A stretch of DNA of 64,000 nucleotides from an uncultured Candidatus Saccharibacteria bacterium (GCA_964391595.1 CAYMMM010000002.1:16843-80842); one strand, 5' to 3'. Counted from the first letter of the stretch, positions 1-10,569 are shown. Numbers and translations: made by a program. Notes: generated from the letters alone by a model not told the origin.

Positions 1-918
1 ATTGCAGTCGCTTATGTCACAGCTCACGACCTGCGTAGAGCCGTCGCTTTTTGCATACTCCATCTTCATGAGATTCTGAAGTGCATATTTATTACTAGTA
101 CTTGTACCATCCGTGAAGTCTTTGGGCATCTTACAGCTATACCCTGCTGGACTTGCAGTCTGACACTTCGCATCAACGACGCTATTGAGATCGACATCAT
201 TGCGTGTAGACCAGTTTGAGAAATCAGTCACATTAGTGCCTGTTTCGAGCTCTGCTGGAGACAATAGCACACTGCGCACAGGTAGTGCCTTGCCATCGAC
301 CAACTTGTCAGTAGCGGGAATACCTGCTTTCGGGTACCATATGCCGGTCACCTGCATTACAGCAGCCCTGCCCTCCCATGCGCTAGAGGTTGGAAGCGCT
401 TTATTCCCCTGTACAGCAGCGCCTATCGCGTTTGCGCTGTCGTAATCTGACTTATTCCACTCTAGTGACATGTATTTGATCGAAACCGCATTATTGCTCG
501 CGTTTTTTGCTTTGCTCAGATCAATTGTCACCGCCTGATCCTTGTCGAGTCTACCTTCGACGGAGTTTGATTCGAGTGAGATTGTGCGACAGGTCCACGC
601 AGCATTTGCGCTTGTGTCACCAATCTGGTGGGGGTCGCCTCCATCGCTCTGGTTGCAAGTCTTCTCGTTCTCAGCGAAACCAATATCATCGTTGAGCCGA
701 CGAACGGCATCCTCCACACCTGCCTGTGCGGCGTAGAGAGCCCGATTCGACTGATCGGTTGCAATCGACTGCTTCACTTCACGCGTAGCAATCGTAGTCA
801 AGCCGACGAACAGTACGATCAGTACTGCTGAAATTGCCACGGTAGTCAGCAATGCTGCCGAACCCTGGTGACGAGCCCTCAAATATCGTTTCACTCGATG
901 AACCATAACTAGTTTCAT
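1..918 (-). CDS. PilX-like minor pilin (partial, runs off window start)
   Basis: Not in ORF track. Read manually from ATG 918: MKLVMVHRVKRYLRARHQG|SAALLTTVAISAVLIVLFVGL...DQSNRALYAAQAGVEDA; PilX-type N-terminus without Glu5; frame open to position 1. Confidence 0.8.
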   Translation of the reverse strand, partial: MKLVMVHRVKRYLRARHQGSAALLTTVAISAVLIVLFVGLTTIATREVKQSIATDQSNRALYAAQAGVEDAVRRLNDDIGFAENEKTCNQSDGGDPHQIGDTSANAAWTCRTISLESNSVEGRLDKDQAVTIDLSKAKNASNNAVSIKYMSLEWNKSDYDSANAIGAAVQGNKALPTSSAWEGRAAVMQVTGIWYPKAGIPATDKLVDGKALPVRSVLLSPAELETGTNVTDFSNWSTRNDVDLNSVVDAKCQTASPAGYSCKMPKDFTDGTSTSNKYALQNLMKMEYAKSDGSTQVVSCDISDCN

Positions 919-957
919 AGTACTACAATCTGGCGTGCCTGCAAACGCCTACAGGTG

Positions 958-1572
958 CTACTGGTGCACAACATGTGTTGTAAGCACAGTTGATGCAGCA
1001 AAGGTATCGGTATTCGCCGCATCAGGATCACACGGGTTACGTTCCCCATGTGAGACACGGACCGTCACCTTCCAGGTCTTCGGCTCGACTGCCTTACCCT
1101 CATTGGCATCTTCTATTGTAAATGCATCTGTACAGCTAGGTGAGACTGATGTTGACCAGACTGGCGATGGTACAAGTAGCTGATAGTCATTTAGTGAGCT
1201 GCAGGACTGAAGCCGCGCGAGGTGCGCCTTCCCATCACTCATCTGGAGCAGTGCATACCCACGATCGACACCCCCTCGATCATCTTTGAGACACGTCACG
1301 GTATTTGTACTAGCGCCAGTAGTAGTAAGTGGACCGTTCTTCACTTCTATTTCACTCGTGTGCCCAAGATCACGGGAGAGTACGCTTATCGCATCACGCG
1401 CCGCACTCTGGGTACGCGTCAGCCCCTGGGCGCGGTTGTAAAGTCCAAGGATATTGACGAAGCTTAGTGTCGCACCAAGTACCAAAGCCGATAAAAAAGC
1501 AATCGAAAACATCAGCTCGATAAGCGTGTAGCCGCGGCGGTTGGTGTGGGTTAATGTAGGTCTCTTCATCAT
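958..1572 (-). CDS. PilW-like minor pilin
   Basis: Class III signal RRG|YTLIELMFSIAFL; position in minor pilin cluster. Confidence 0.8.
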   Translation of the reverse strand: MMKRPTLTHTNRRGYTLIELMFSIAFLSALVLGATLSFVNILGLYNRAQGLTRTQSAARDAISVLSRDLGHTSEIEVKNGPLTTTGASTNTVTCLKDDRGGVDRGYALLQMSDGKAHLARLQSCSSLNDYQLLVPSPVWSTSVSPSCTDAFTIEDANEGKAVEPKTWKVTVRVSHGERNPCDPDAANTDTFAASTVLTTHVVHQ

Positions 1573-1573
1573 C

Positions 1574-2164
1574 TTATTCCGTTGGCGCCAGTAGTTGTGT
1601 GGTAGCGATCAGTTGGCTATCTGGATTGCCATTTGCATCATTCCAGCTCACTTTCGCTTGCAAATCAACAGCCGCCACGCCCAAAGGATCACAATTATTC
1701 GGTGCTGCAGGCGGTACGGTTGGTGAAGCAGTTGATTCTCCCACGCAATACAGCCTTTTTGGTGTCACACTATATGTATAGCTGGTGCTGGCGTCTCCCG
1801 GGACGGTAAGGGCTTTGGGGCCATCCTCTATCTTCCACACGCAATCTTCGGTATTGTCACATTTTTCTATACGAACTTCTGGAACACTACCGGCCGGTGG
1901 GTAGAGCTTGCTTAGAAAAACATTCCAATCCATGCGTTCTTGATTTGTAGTTGAATCAGTCATATCTCGGAAGCCACGCAGACGCTCCAGCTGATCTTGC
2001 GCCACATACTGCGCCTGAGTGCGCTGATTTGCAGATACAGCAGTGCGCCATGCGCGCAAGGCTGAAGCATACGCCACCGTCAGCACCGAGCCGATAATCG
2101 CAAAAGCAAACAAGATCTCGATGAGCGTCATGCCGCGCGGCCGAGTGTGAGACGAGCTTCGCAT
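1574..2164 (-). CDS. PilV-like minor pilin
   Basis: RG|MTLIEILFAFAII; 'NQRTQAQYVAQDQLERLR' helix and C-terminal 'VSW' typical of PilV/GspI-like proteins. Confidence 0.8.
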   Translation of the reverse strand: MRSSSHTRPRGMTLIEILFAFAIIGSVLTVAYASALRAWRTAVSANQRTQAQYVAQDQLERLRGFRDMTDSTTNQERMDWNVFLSKLYPPAGSVPEVRIEKCDNTEDCVWKIEDGPKALTVPGDASTSYTYSVTPKRLYCVGESTASPTVPPAAPNNCDPLGVAAVDLQAKVSWNDANGNPDSQLIATTQLLAPTE

Positions 2165-2889
2165 CAGTGTGTCACCAGCCTATATGATGTATTTTTGAAG
2201 TTGAATACAATCTCAGCATGAAACCTCGGGTCGCTACCATTTTTCTCGACACTGACGAACTGCAAAACCAAACCGCAAGGTGAGCTTGCAGTTGCTCCCC
2301 CTGGTGTGGAGTGATCACCGCCCCAATTTGCGTAGTTTACAGACGGACCACCCGCTTGAAACTGATTAAATGCAACTGGCTCACGACGAAAGGTCACGGT
2401 TTGTGGAGGCCTAGGAATCTCAGGAAGAATATTATAGTTTGATAATACATCAGGATCATTGAGCTTCATGCAGTCCAAATTCTCCGAACCACGATACACG
2501 ATACCATTCGGCAGGAAAGCATCAATCTTAGGGCTAAAGGTGTCTGCAGGCGCAATGCCATTAGGCAAGATTCCGGCATCATCATACTCCGCCATATAGA
2601 GCCCCGACACAATGTGTCGATCATTACTCGGATCGAGCGTGACAGCCGATGCAAATATCTGATGATTTGGAGGAAGCGGATTTGGAAGCTCATTCGTATT
2701 AATGCCAGTTTGCACGAGCTTGATCTGAGACTCGATCTGACGCACCCCATCATAGAACTGCGCGCTGGCCTGTGAGCTGTACCACATAAAAGACCCCGCC
2801 ACGAGCAATGACGACAGCGCAAGAGTAATCGTAAGCTCGATCACAGTGAGCCCTGTAGGATAATACTGTCTCGGTGTAAGGCGTCCCAT
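2164..2889 (-). CDS. FimT/FimU-like minor pilin
   Basis: TG|LTVIELTITLALSSLL prepilin motif; first gene of the minor pilin run. Confidence 0.75.
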   Translation of the reverse strand: MGRLTPRQYYPTGLTVIELTITLALSSLLVAGSFMWYSSQASAQFYDGVRQIESQIKLVQTGINTNELPNPLPPNHQIFASAVTLDPSNDRHIVSGLYMAEYDDAGILPNGIAPADTFSPKIDAFLPNGIVYRGSENLDCMKLNDPDVLSNYNILPEIPRPPQTVTFRREPVAFNQFQAGGPSVNYANWGGDHSTPGGATASSPCGLVLQFVSVEKNGSDPRFHAEIVFNFKNTSYRLVTH

Positions 2890-2942
2890 ATCTCTTAGCA
2901 GTATACCACTTGTGCTTTGGTGTGGTCAGGTCTGAGCGCGGT

Positions 2943-3740
2943 CTATCCAAGCAAACGGAGATATAGATCCAGCAAACGATCCCCCCAGAAATACCCGACA
3001 TACATACCGATAATCAAGAATGGCCCGAAGGCAATCACATCCTTGCGCGTCTTGAGCTTGAGCGCAATGAGCAAAATCCCGACAAACGCACCGATGAAAT
3101 ACGTGGCAAATATCCCTACAACCAGCTGCGACGGTGTCAGCATGAGCCCCATAAGCACCGCCAGACGAATATCGCCGTCCCCGATCCACTTCTCCCCCGA
3201 TCCGTACCACATAAGTGTATAAAAGCCGCCAAAGAGCGCTGCTCCTATGAGTTGAGAAATCGCCAGACTCGACTCGTGATACCCAAACCAACGCACCAGT
3301 AGCCAGACGAGAGCCACGCCAATTGCCGGAAACATGAACTCGTCTGGAAGCTCTAGGTGTAGCCAATCATAGACGAAGGCGGCGATCATCAACGTCGTCA
3401 CGATGACCCAAACGCCGAAGGTGGCAATCGAGCGCAGGTCAGTCGGATTGACAGAGACAAAGAGCCCGATCCAGGCACCTGCAGTCGCCAGCTCAACCAG
3501 CGGATACTGCCAGCTGATGCGCTTGTGACAGGTGCGGCACTTCCCGCGCAAAGCCATAAAGCTCAGCACCGGTATCAGCTCGTACCATGCCAGCTGGCGA
3601 TGGCAGTGGGTGCACTTGCTCCTACCTTGTGAGACCTTCTTGCCATGCGCCATGCGCCAGATCCAGGCATTGAGAAAGCTGCCGATGAGGAGGCCATAGA
3701 TACCGACGAGTACCGAGATAAGAATAAGCGGTGTCTGCAT
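2943..3740 (-). CDS. pilD: Prepilin peptidase/N-methyltransferase (A24)
   Basis: GSFLN, CxxC...CxxC, GDGD and FGPFL motifs; start placed at ATG 3740, 7 nt after a TATGAT -10 box. Confidence 0.95.
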   Translation of the reverse strand: MQTPLILISVLVGIYGLLIGSFLNAWIWRMAHGKKVSQGRSKCTHCHRQLAWYELIPVLSFMALRGKCRTCHKRISWQYPLVELATAGAWIGLFVSVNPTDLRSIATFGVWVIVTTLMIAAFVYDWLHLELPDEFMFPAIGVALVWLLVRWFGYHESSLAISQLIGAALFGGFYTLMWYGSGEKWIGDGDIRLAVLMGLMLTPSQLVVGIFATYFIGAFVGILLIALKLKTRKDVIAFGPFLIIGMYVGYFWGDRLLDLYLRLLG

Positions 3741-3787
3741 GCCTACCATCATACAATATCTCGGATGAGCTTCTGCACGCTCGTACT

Positions 3788-3806
3788 AAAAAAGGCCCGA
3801 AGACCT
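3788..3806 (-). terminator. Intrinsic terminator after major pilin
   Basis: Minus strand AGGTC-TTCG-GGCCT followed by T-run. Confidence 0.7.
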
Positions 3807-3829
3807 CATTTAGTAAGATATGCGAGAAC

Positions 3830-4273
3830 TTACGGCCCTACTGAAGTGGATACTGAAGTGGATACCGTAACGCTACTATCGCCGGTATATGTATCACCTG
3901 ATTCTAGGCATATGTTACCGACCTTATTCACACCAACTGACGTTAGCCAGATGGTGGTACGATCTGTTGAATTTTTACAGTCGATCACATTATCATTTGT
4001 GCTTAAGGTCATAGTTATGCCTTGCACTTTCAGATTCGTAACATACCCCCCGAGGTCATTCGCATGTGTCGGCTGATCTCCGCTGTGATTTCCGGCGTAC
4101 GCCTGAGCTGCTGCAGTCACTTGGTTGACGAGATTCTTGCGAGCGTTGTCTCGCTGTGCACGCTGTGCTCCTTGTACGGCGAAGAATACACCTACCATGA
4201 TCAAGGCAGCGATAGCCAGCACGATCACGACTTCGATCAGTGTAAAGCCTTTTCTTACTTTGTTGTTATTCAT
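3830..4273 (-). CDS. Type IV major pilin
   Basis: KG|FTLIEVVIVLAI; own promoter, SD (GGAGG) and terminator; two Cys in C-terminal half. Confidence 0.9.
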   Translation of the reverse strand: MNNNKVRKGFTLIEVVIVLAIAALIMVGVFFAVQGAQRAQRDNARKNLVNQVTAAAQAYAGNHSGDQPTHANDLGGYVTNLKVQGITMTLSTNDNVIDCKNSTDRTTIWLTSVGVNKVGNICLESGDTYTGDSSVTVSTSVSTSVGP

Positions 4274-4324
4274 AATTGCTCATTCCTCCGAAATAAAAAT
4301 GCGACCGATTAAATGCTTATGCTT

Positions 4325-4352
4325 ATCATATCAAAACACCGATTGGCGTCAA
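4325..4352 (-). promoter_or_regulatory. sigma70 promoter of major pilin
   Basis: TTGACG-16nt-TATGAT with extended TG. Confidence 0.6.
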
Positions 4353-4355
4353 CCA

Positions 4356-5564
4356 CTACAGCCCCCCGCCAACCAAGGCATACACTGGATACAGAATACC
4401 AAGGATGATGACCATCACCATGAAGCCAAGAAAGATAATGATAATCGGCTCGATAAGGGTTGAGATGTTCTTGATTAGCTGATCGACCTCGTTCTCATAG
4501 AAGGAAGCCAGCTTATCGAGCATCTCACCCATCGTGCCTGAGTCTTCGCCGACCTTGACCATCTGCCCGACCAGTGGCAAGAAATATTCTGTCTTGCCAA
4601 GCGCATCTGACAGGGCGCGCCCCGACTTCACTTGCTCTGCGACAACCCGTGTCTCAGCCTCAAGGATGAGATTATTCACACTATCACCGACCAGCTTAAG
4701 CGCCTCAAGGATTGGAATACCACTACTTGTGAGCCCACCAAGCGTGCGTGCGAAGCGAGACATATACATCTTCGTAAAAAGTTGGTTCATCGGCGGGAGG
4801 ACCAATTTCGCGCGGTCCATCACCTTGCGCCCATTGTGTGACTTGAAGTAGATATACAGACCATAGATCACAGCGGCAATCGCAGGGATGATAATCAACC
4901 AATACTTCCCGAAGATATCAGTGGTACTTATGATTACTTGAGTCAAAAACGGCAATGTTTTATTAAAGCTCTTATACAGCGCGGAAATCTGCGGCACCAC
5001 ACTCGAGAGCATATAAATGAGCACCCCGATGATAACTACCATAACTAGGGCTGGGTAGACCAAGGCGCCGCGGATCTTGGACAAGATCTCGGCTTCTTTC
5101 TCTATCTGATCAGCCAGTCGCAGCATAGTTGTATCAAGTGATCCGCTCGCTTCTCCAGCTTGCACCATAGCGACATAAATGTGGTTGAAGCAATCTGGAT
5201 ACTGTGCCAAAGCCTGCGAAAATGCCGTACCTCCCTCTACCGACTTGGAGATGCGAAAAATGATATTTTGCAGTTTTTTATTATCAACTTGCCCGAGCGT
5301 ACTATTGAGCGCTGTGCCGACGGGCAATCCAGCCTTGATGAGCGTAGCCATCTGACGCGTAAAGATTACGCGAGCTTTGAGGGGCACATGCCCAGACGTC
5401 GCTCCTGCACCGAGTACGCTACCAGATTTTGGCTTGATCTCAACTGGATAGAGTTTTTGCTTCAGAAGCAACTTACCGGCTGCCATCTCGCTATCAGCCG
5501 AAATCAAGCCTTCAATCACGCGACCGGTGACAGTATCTTTGGCTTTGTAGCGATAATCAATCAT
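4356..5564 (-). CDS. pilC: Type IV pilus inner-membrane platform protein (T2SS F family)
   Basis: FTRQMATLIKAGLP, GEASGSLD, LIEP motifs. Confidence 0.95.
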   Translation of the reverse strand: MIDYRYKAKDTVTGRVIEGLISADSEMAAGKLLLKQKLYPVEIKPKSGSVLGAGATSGHVPLKARVIFTRQMATLIKAGLPVGTALNSTLGQVDNKKLQNIIFRISKSVEGGTAFSQALAQYPDCFNHIYVAMVQAGEASGSLDTTMLRLADQIEKEAEILSKIRGALVYPALVMVVIIGVLIYMLSSVVPQISALYKSFNKTLPFLTQVIISTTDIFGKYWLIIIPAIAAVIYGLYIYFKSHNGRKVMDRAKLVLPPMNQLFTKMYMSRFARTLGGLTSSGIPILEALKLVGDSVNNLILEAETRVVAEQVKSGRALSDALGKTEYFLPLVGQMVKVGEDSGTMGEMLDKLASFYENEVDQLIKNISTLIEPIIIIFLGFMVMVIILGILYPVYALVGGGL

Positions 5565-5573
5565 TCGCGCCCC

Positions 5574-7100
5574 CTATCGCCGCATCAGACGATCAAATTC
5601 ATCAAGATTCACCGCGTAGTACTTTGCTTCTTCGTAGCTGATCTTCCCTTCCTGGACGAGGTGCCCAAGCGTTGCATCCATGGATTGCATGCCAAACTCA
5701 GCACCCGTCTGAATCATGCCGTCTATTTGGTGAGTCTTGCCCTGTCGAATCACATTGCGCACAGCCGGAGTCACCATAAGGATTTCAGCTGCAGCCAGGC
5801 GTCCGCCGCCAATCATCGGCACCAGACGCTGCGCGACAATCCCTTGCAAGATACCGGAGAGCTGTATGCGAATCTGCTGCTGCTGGTGGGGTGGGAAGAC
5901 ATCGATCATACGATCAATTGAGCTAGCTGCGGAGTTGGTGTGCAATGTCGCGAGCACTAAGTGACCCGTCTCGGCCACTGTAATGGCGGTAGAGATGGTT
6001 TCGAGGTCGCGCATCTCACCGATCAAAACTACATCTGGGTCTTCGCGCAAAGCACTACGCAAAGCGGCCGCAAAGCTCGGTGTATCGAAGTGTACCTCAC
6101 GCTGAACGACAATCGACTTCTTATGGTGGTGTTGGTATTCGATCGGGTCCTCGATAGTAATGATGTGCATTGCCTTCTCACGATTGATCTTGTCGACCAT
6201 GGCAGCCAGTGACGTGCTCTTCCCGGAGCCCGTGGGCCCTGTCACAAGCACCAAGCCACGCGGAAACTCGGTCATTTTGTTGACGATCGCAGGTAAGCCT
6301 AGCTCTTCGACCGTACGAATCTTGTTTGGGATGAGACGGAATGCACTTGCGGGGTTCCCCTTCTCATGGAAGGCATTAACACGAAAGCGACCGAGATCAC
6401 CATACGCAAATGAGAAGTCAATTTCTTTGTCGTGGGTATAGATTTCTTTTTGATCGTCGTCGAGCAAGCCAAAAATTATTGAGTCAATATCATCGGCGCT
6501 CAGCTCTTTGCTGCTTCGTATCGGAGTAAGCGCTCCATCTACGCGCAGCATGGCGGGCAAACCCACTTGCAAATGTATATCAGATGCATCACGGCGAATC
6601 ACTTCTTCTAGGTAGGGCTCGATCGAGGCGTTCCCCCCGCTCGAACGAATATTGTGCACTTGATCAGCCTCAGATACAGCTGGAGCGTTCTTAGAGTCTG
6701 GGAGCATTTCATTACCCATCTCTGCTGGCGAGCTCGCAGAAGATACTGATGGTGCAGAGGTAGCACTAGTGCTAATATTCGCGCTGTTCTGCTGAGGTGA
6801 TGGCGGCAGTGAGGGAGGCATGGACAAGTCCTCGTCATCGAGACCAGTAGAAGGCATGATGATTGGGTTCGCCTGGGCGTCAGCAGAGCCTGTAGCTACG
6901 GCTGGCGCTATATTCTCTACCATTGGCTGAGCCGCCGAGGGAACTGCTTGATTCGAGGTGGCAAGAGGGTTTTGCGCACTCACTATACCCGCTGTCGTCA
7001 AACCATCCGTCGCACTGGATGGCGCCGACGGCATACTCCCAGCTTGCAGAGGCTGAGGCGCTGCGGGGGGCATAGATGGGGTTGTGTTCGTTGGGGGCAT
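5574..7100 (-). CDS. pilT: Type IV pilus retraction ATPase with long N-terminal low-complexity extension
   Basis: ASDIHL, GPTGSGKST, TIEDPIE, LREDPD, TLHTNSA, AVRNVIR. Confidence 0.95.
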   Translation of the reverse strand: MPPTNTTPSMPPAAPQPLQAGSMPSAPSSATDGLTTAGIVSAQNPLATSNQAVPSAAQPMVENIAPAVATGSADAQANPIIMPSTGLDDEDLSMPPSLPPSPQQNSANISTSATSAPSVSSASSPAEMGNEMLPDSKNAPAVSEADQVHNIRSSGGNASIEPYLEEVIRRDASDIHLQVGLPAMLRVDGALTPIRSSKELSADDIDSIIFGLLDDDQKEIYTHDKEIDFSFAYGDLGRFRVNAFHEKGNPASAFRLIPNKIRTVEELGLPAIVNKMTEFPRGLVLVTGPTGSGKSTSLAAMVDKINREKAMHIITIEDPIEYQHHHKKSIVVQREVHFDTPSFAAALRSALREDPDVVLIGEMRDLETISTAITVAETGHLVLATLHTNSAASSIDRMIDVFPPHQQQQIRIQLSGILQGIVAQRLVPMIGGGRLAAAEILMVTPAVRNVIRQGKTHQIDGMIQTGAEFGMQSMDATLGHLVQEGKISYEEAKYYAVNLDEFDRLMRR

Positions 7101-7140
7101 ACGTATTGGTAGATTCGTTGTGTTGTCGCTCTTCTGCGAC

Positions 7141-8931
7141 TTAATATTCAGTAGCGACGCGCGATACTTCCTCGATAGTCGAGATCCCAGTCAGGGCCTT
7201 AAGGAAGCCGTCTTGTTGCATTGTAAGCATGCCATCCTTCACTGCCTGATCCTGAATCTCGGTCGTTGTAGCATGTGAGAGCAAGAGCTTCTCCATAGCT
7301 GGGTTCATATTGTAGACCTCAAAGATCCCAATGCGACCAGCGTAGCCGTCCTTACAATCGCTACAGCCTTCCCCCTTATATAAAGTATAAGCGGTTTCAC
7401 TGTATAAGGGCAAACCTTCGTACCCATACTCCTGAGCCTTGGCCTTCAATTCCGCATTAGTCTTTGGTAGGAAGCCACCGATCACTTTGTTGATCATCTG
7501 GATAGCTGCGGGCGATGCGGCATACGGCTTCTTACACTTCTGGCAGACCTGCCGAACCAAACGCTGCCCGATGACGGTGTTTACCGTAGAAGCGATCAGG
7601 AAGGGCTCGATCTTCATGTCGAGAAGGCGCGGCAACACACCAGACGCGGAGTTGGTATGCAATGTCGAGAGTACAGTATGTCCTGTGAGTGCCGCTTGCA
7701 CAGCAAGGTCGGCCGTCTCGGAGTCACGGATCTCCCCTACCAACACAACATTTGGATCTTGTCGCAAGATCGAACGTAACCCATTCGCGAAGGTTAGGCC
7801 CACGGCGGTATTCACTTGAATTTGGTTGATCCCCTCCATCTTGTACTCCACCGGATCTTCAAGAGTCACAATGTTGAGCGTCACACTCTTGATAGCCTGT
7901 ACAACCGCGTAGAGTGTGGTCGACTTACCTGAGCCAGTCGGACCAGTCGAAAGGATCATGCCGTGGGGCTTGTGCATTCCTTCCTGGATCAATCTCAGAC
8001 TCAGCCCGCGAAAGCCAAGTACATCGAGCGTGATCTGGTGAGCATTTTTGTCCAAGATACGAATAACGACTTGCTCACCGTATGTGATTGGGGCGATTGC
8101 AATACGAAGATCCACCTCTCGCCCTTCATACATGTAGATCGCTTGACCATCCTGGGTCATGCGATGCTCATCGATCTTGAGGTTCGACAAGATTTTGATA
8201 CGTGAAATGAGTGCTGCTTCAGTAGACTTTGGAAGCGTCATTACCTCTTGTAGCAGCCCGTCGACGCGAAAACGAATCTTCAGCTCATGCTGACGTGGCT
8301 CGACGTGAATATCGGAAGCCTTTGAGTTAATCGCGTACTCGAGAATAGTATTGAGCGCACGGGTAATTGGCGCGTCTTGAACGATATCCTGAGAAGCCTT
8401 AGTTTGCTGTGTGGCCTTCGTGGCAGCTGCTTCGTCTTTGTCGGCCAGCGCGACATCCTTCAATACATCTGCGACTTCCTTGCTATACCGCTCCGTGTAC
8501 ATACCGAGGACATGATTAATGCCCGCTTCAGAGGCGATGTATGTTGTAATCGGATAGCCAGATTTGCGTGAGATAAAATCAATCACCTGTAGGTTGGTCG
8601 GATCAAGCATCGCGACATTGAGCGTACCATTTGAGATGCCAAAAGGTACCGCCATATATTCTCGGGCTGTCTCAAGCGGCATAAGCTCGGTGAGCTTTTT
8701 ATCAATCGCCTTATCGAGATGTAAGAGATCGGCAAATGGGATCTTCTTAGCAATGGCGATCATCTTCACGGAGTCTTCTTCGTTGATCGCCTTCATGTCT
8801 AGCAACACTTGAAGTAAACCACGATTTTCTTTGACTGCGCGCAGTTTTGCAATCTCAAGCACATCCGGCTGCACGAGCTTGCCTTTTGTGATCAGAGTCT
8901 CGATTTGGCGCTGATTATCTAGCGTCAGCAT
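7141..8931 (-). CDS. pilB: Type IV pilus assembly ATPase
   Basis: ASDIHVEP, GPTGSGKST, LRQDPN, two CxxC motifs, GYAGR. Confidence 0.95.
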   Translation of the reverse strand: MLTLDNQRQIETLITKGKLVQPDVLEIAKLRAVKENRGLLQVLLDMKAINEEDSVKMIAIAKKIPFADLLHLDKAIDKKLTELMPLETAREYMAVPFGISNGTLNVAMLDPTNLQVIDFISRKSGYPITTYIASEAGINHVLGMYTERYSKEVADVLKDVALADKDEAAATKATQQTKASQDIVQDAPITRALNTILEYAINSKASDIHVEPRQHELKIRFRVDGLLQEVMTLPKSTEAALISRIKILSNLKIDEHRMTQDGQAIYMYEGREVDLRIAIAPITYGEQVVIRILDKNAHQITLDVLGFRGLSLRLIQEGMHKPHGMILSTGPTGSGKSTTLYAVVQAIKSVTLNIVTLEDPVEYKMEGINQIQVNTAVGLTFANGLRSILRQDPNVVLVGEIRDSETADLAVQAALTGHTVLSTLHTNSASGVLPRLLDMKIEPFLIASTVNTVIGQRLVRQVCQKCKKPYAASPAAIQMINKVIGGFLPKTNAELKAKAQEYGYEGLPLYSETAYTLYKGEGCSDCKDGYAGRIGIFEVYNMNPAMEKLLLSHATTTEIQDQAVKDGMLTMQQDGFLKALTGISTIEEVSRVATEY

Positions 8932-8939
8932 GCCACCCC

Positions 8940-9221
8940 CTACTGCCCAAAGATATTTTTATTGCCACCACATTTGTCTGGCTTGTCGATACACTTCTGT
9001 GGCGTAGAGTAGTCATTGAGGAGCTTGATGTCTTTGAGCTTATCGGCAGCGGTAGGCTTCGACGTACTTGCCTGATCGAGCGGAATCTTCACTGGACGAG
9101 GCACACTAACCTTAATACCACTATCTTGTGGTGCTGGCGCTAGCTGTGAATACAGAAGCACACCGGCAGCCACGAAGATCGCAATAGCTACAACCAGTCC
9201 AATCATATCGCGACGCTTCAT
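8940..9221 (-). CDS. Small membrane-anchored pilus-locus protein
   Basis: N-terminal TM helix; coupled between pilO and pilB. Confidence 0.7.
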   Translation of the reverse strand: MKRRDMIGLVVAIAIFVAAGVLLYSQLAPAPQDSGIKVSVPRPVKIPLDQASTSKPTAADKLKDIKLLNDYSTPQKCIDKPDKCGGNKNIFGQ

Positions 9222-9928
9222 TACTTCGCGCCCTCCGGATTTTTCTGATATTCACTCAACAATACCGATGAGTCTGTGATGCTCGGTTTGGCCTTGTAGT
9301 ACAACTTGTAGGTCATATCGAGTGTCAACGCATTACCACTCCCAGACAATTTGAGATTTGAAAAATCAAACACACGCTGCGAAGACTCGATTGCTTTCAG
9401 GAAATTCTTGATCTGTTCATACGTACCCGTAGATTTGAAGCTTAACTGGAAAGACTCTGCCTTCGTGCTCGTGGGAATAGTACTCGAGCTACCCGTAGCG
9501 GCCGTACGAGTCTCCTTGGATACATTATCAATCTGTACCAATGTCTGCGTCTGAAGCTTTTGGAAAATCGTCAGGATCGTACCTAGGTCATCTGTAGCGG
9601 GCAATACGCGCTCTGTTATGCGTGAAAAATCAGATACACCGCTCGAGTCTGCGACCTTGATCTTGTTGAGCTCTGGCTCTGCCTTAGCGAGCATGTCTAT
9701 CTTTGTTTTTGACAACGAGATCTGAATGTCTTGAGCTTTTATCTCGTTAGACTTGAGTATATTCGCCTGTGCTAGCTGATACACGAAGTATCCGCCGATA
9801 AGCACAATCAGTGTGGTCGCAGTGATCATGATAATCAAGAAATTACGCATCGTAGTCTGCTGTGACTGCGTCATCTTGGTCTCAGGAACCTGTATCTTAC
9901 GCGAAGATTCTGAAGCTTTTGGTGCCAT
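9221..9928 (-). CDS. pilO: PilO-like alignment protein
   Basis: TM plus coiled coil; GTYEQIKNFLKAIESSQR motif; gene order. Confidence 0.8.
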   Translation of the reverse strand: MAPKASESSRKIQVPETKMTQSQQTTMRNFLIIMITATTLIVLIGGYFVYQLAQANILKSNEIKAQDIQISLSKTKIDMLAKAEPELNKIKVADSSGVSDFSRITERVLPATDDLGTILTIFQKLQTQTLVQIDNVSKETRTAATGSSSTIPTSTKAESFQLSFKSTGTYEQIKNFLKAIESSQRVFDFSNLKLSGSGNALTLDMTYKLYYKAKPSITDSSVLLSEYQKNPEGAK

Positions 9929-9930
9929 AC

Positions 9931-10569
9931 CTACGATCCCTGCCCCGTGTTCTTTGCATCATTGCGAAACTTCTGTACTAAGTCCTTGTCTACCGTAAAA
10001 CTCACATTAAACTCTTTTTGATCACCGCTTGCTCGATTCTTTCGACTAGAAACTGAGTCAATTTTTACGTTTGTAAAGACTTGCTTGAGATCAAGACCTT
10101 GTACGCTACGTTCTTTAAACGTGTTGTATGTGTTAAGTGCACTACCGAAGAGGGCTACGGTATTGAAATCTGGTGCAGTAACTACTGCCTTGACCTGATA
10201 CCCTGGATCTACCGATAATGACGTCATCTTCACGTCCTTTGGCAGCGAGTCAGTTAGGCGATCAAAAAGCTGACTGATCAAGATTCGGTTATTACTGACG
10301 TCGTATGAAGCATCCAGCGATTCATTAAACCACGCCACATCTTGCTCAGTAGCCTGCTTGGCTGCTATGTCTTTTTTCAATGACTCGATCGTTGTGTTAT
10401 TCGTGTTGTACTGCAAAGTACGCGTACCTAGGAGCAACAGTAGAATGATAATCGAAGCACCGACGCTCGTCATAATCAGCCCACAAATAACCGTAATCAA
10501 CCTTCGTGTTTGCTGATTTTTGAGCTTGAGTATACGTGCTTCTGGGAGAAGGTTTACACGCAACGACAT
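9931..10569 (-). CDS. pilN: PilN-like alignment protein
   Basis: N-terminal VNLLP PilM-binding motif followed by TM. Confidence 0.85.
   Translation of the reverse strand: MSLRVNLLPEARILKLKNQQTRRLITVICGLIMTSVGASIIILLLLLGTRTLQYNTNNTTIESLKKDIAAKQATEQDVAWFNESLDASYDVSNNRILISQLFDRLTDSLPKDVKMTSLSVDPGYQVKAVVTAPDFNTVALFGSALNTYNTFKERSVQGLDLKQVFTNVKIDSVSSRKNRASGDQKEFNVSFTVDKDLVQKFRNDAKNTGQGS

Noticed and set aside
185-1781. Short plus-strand ORFs over the pilin genes, and similar shadow ORFs across the window
   Set aside because: Antisense or off-frame to well-supported genes, with no motifs or start signals
3839-3865. 12-bp tandem duplication (STSV x2) at the end of the major pilin
   Set aside because: Only two in-frame units; too little to call phase or antigenic variation
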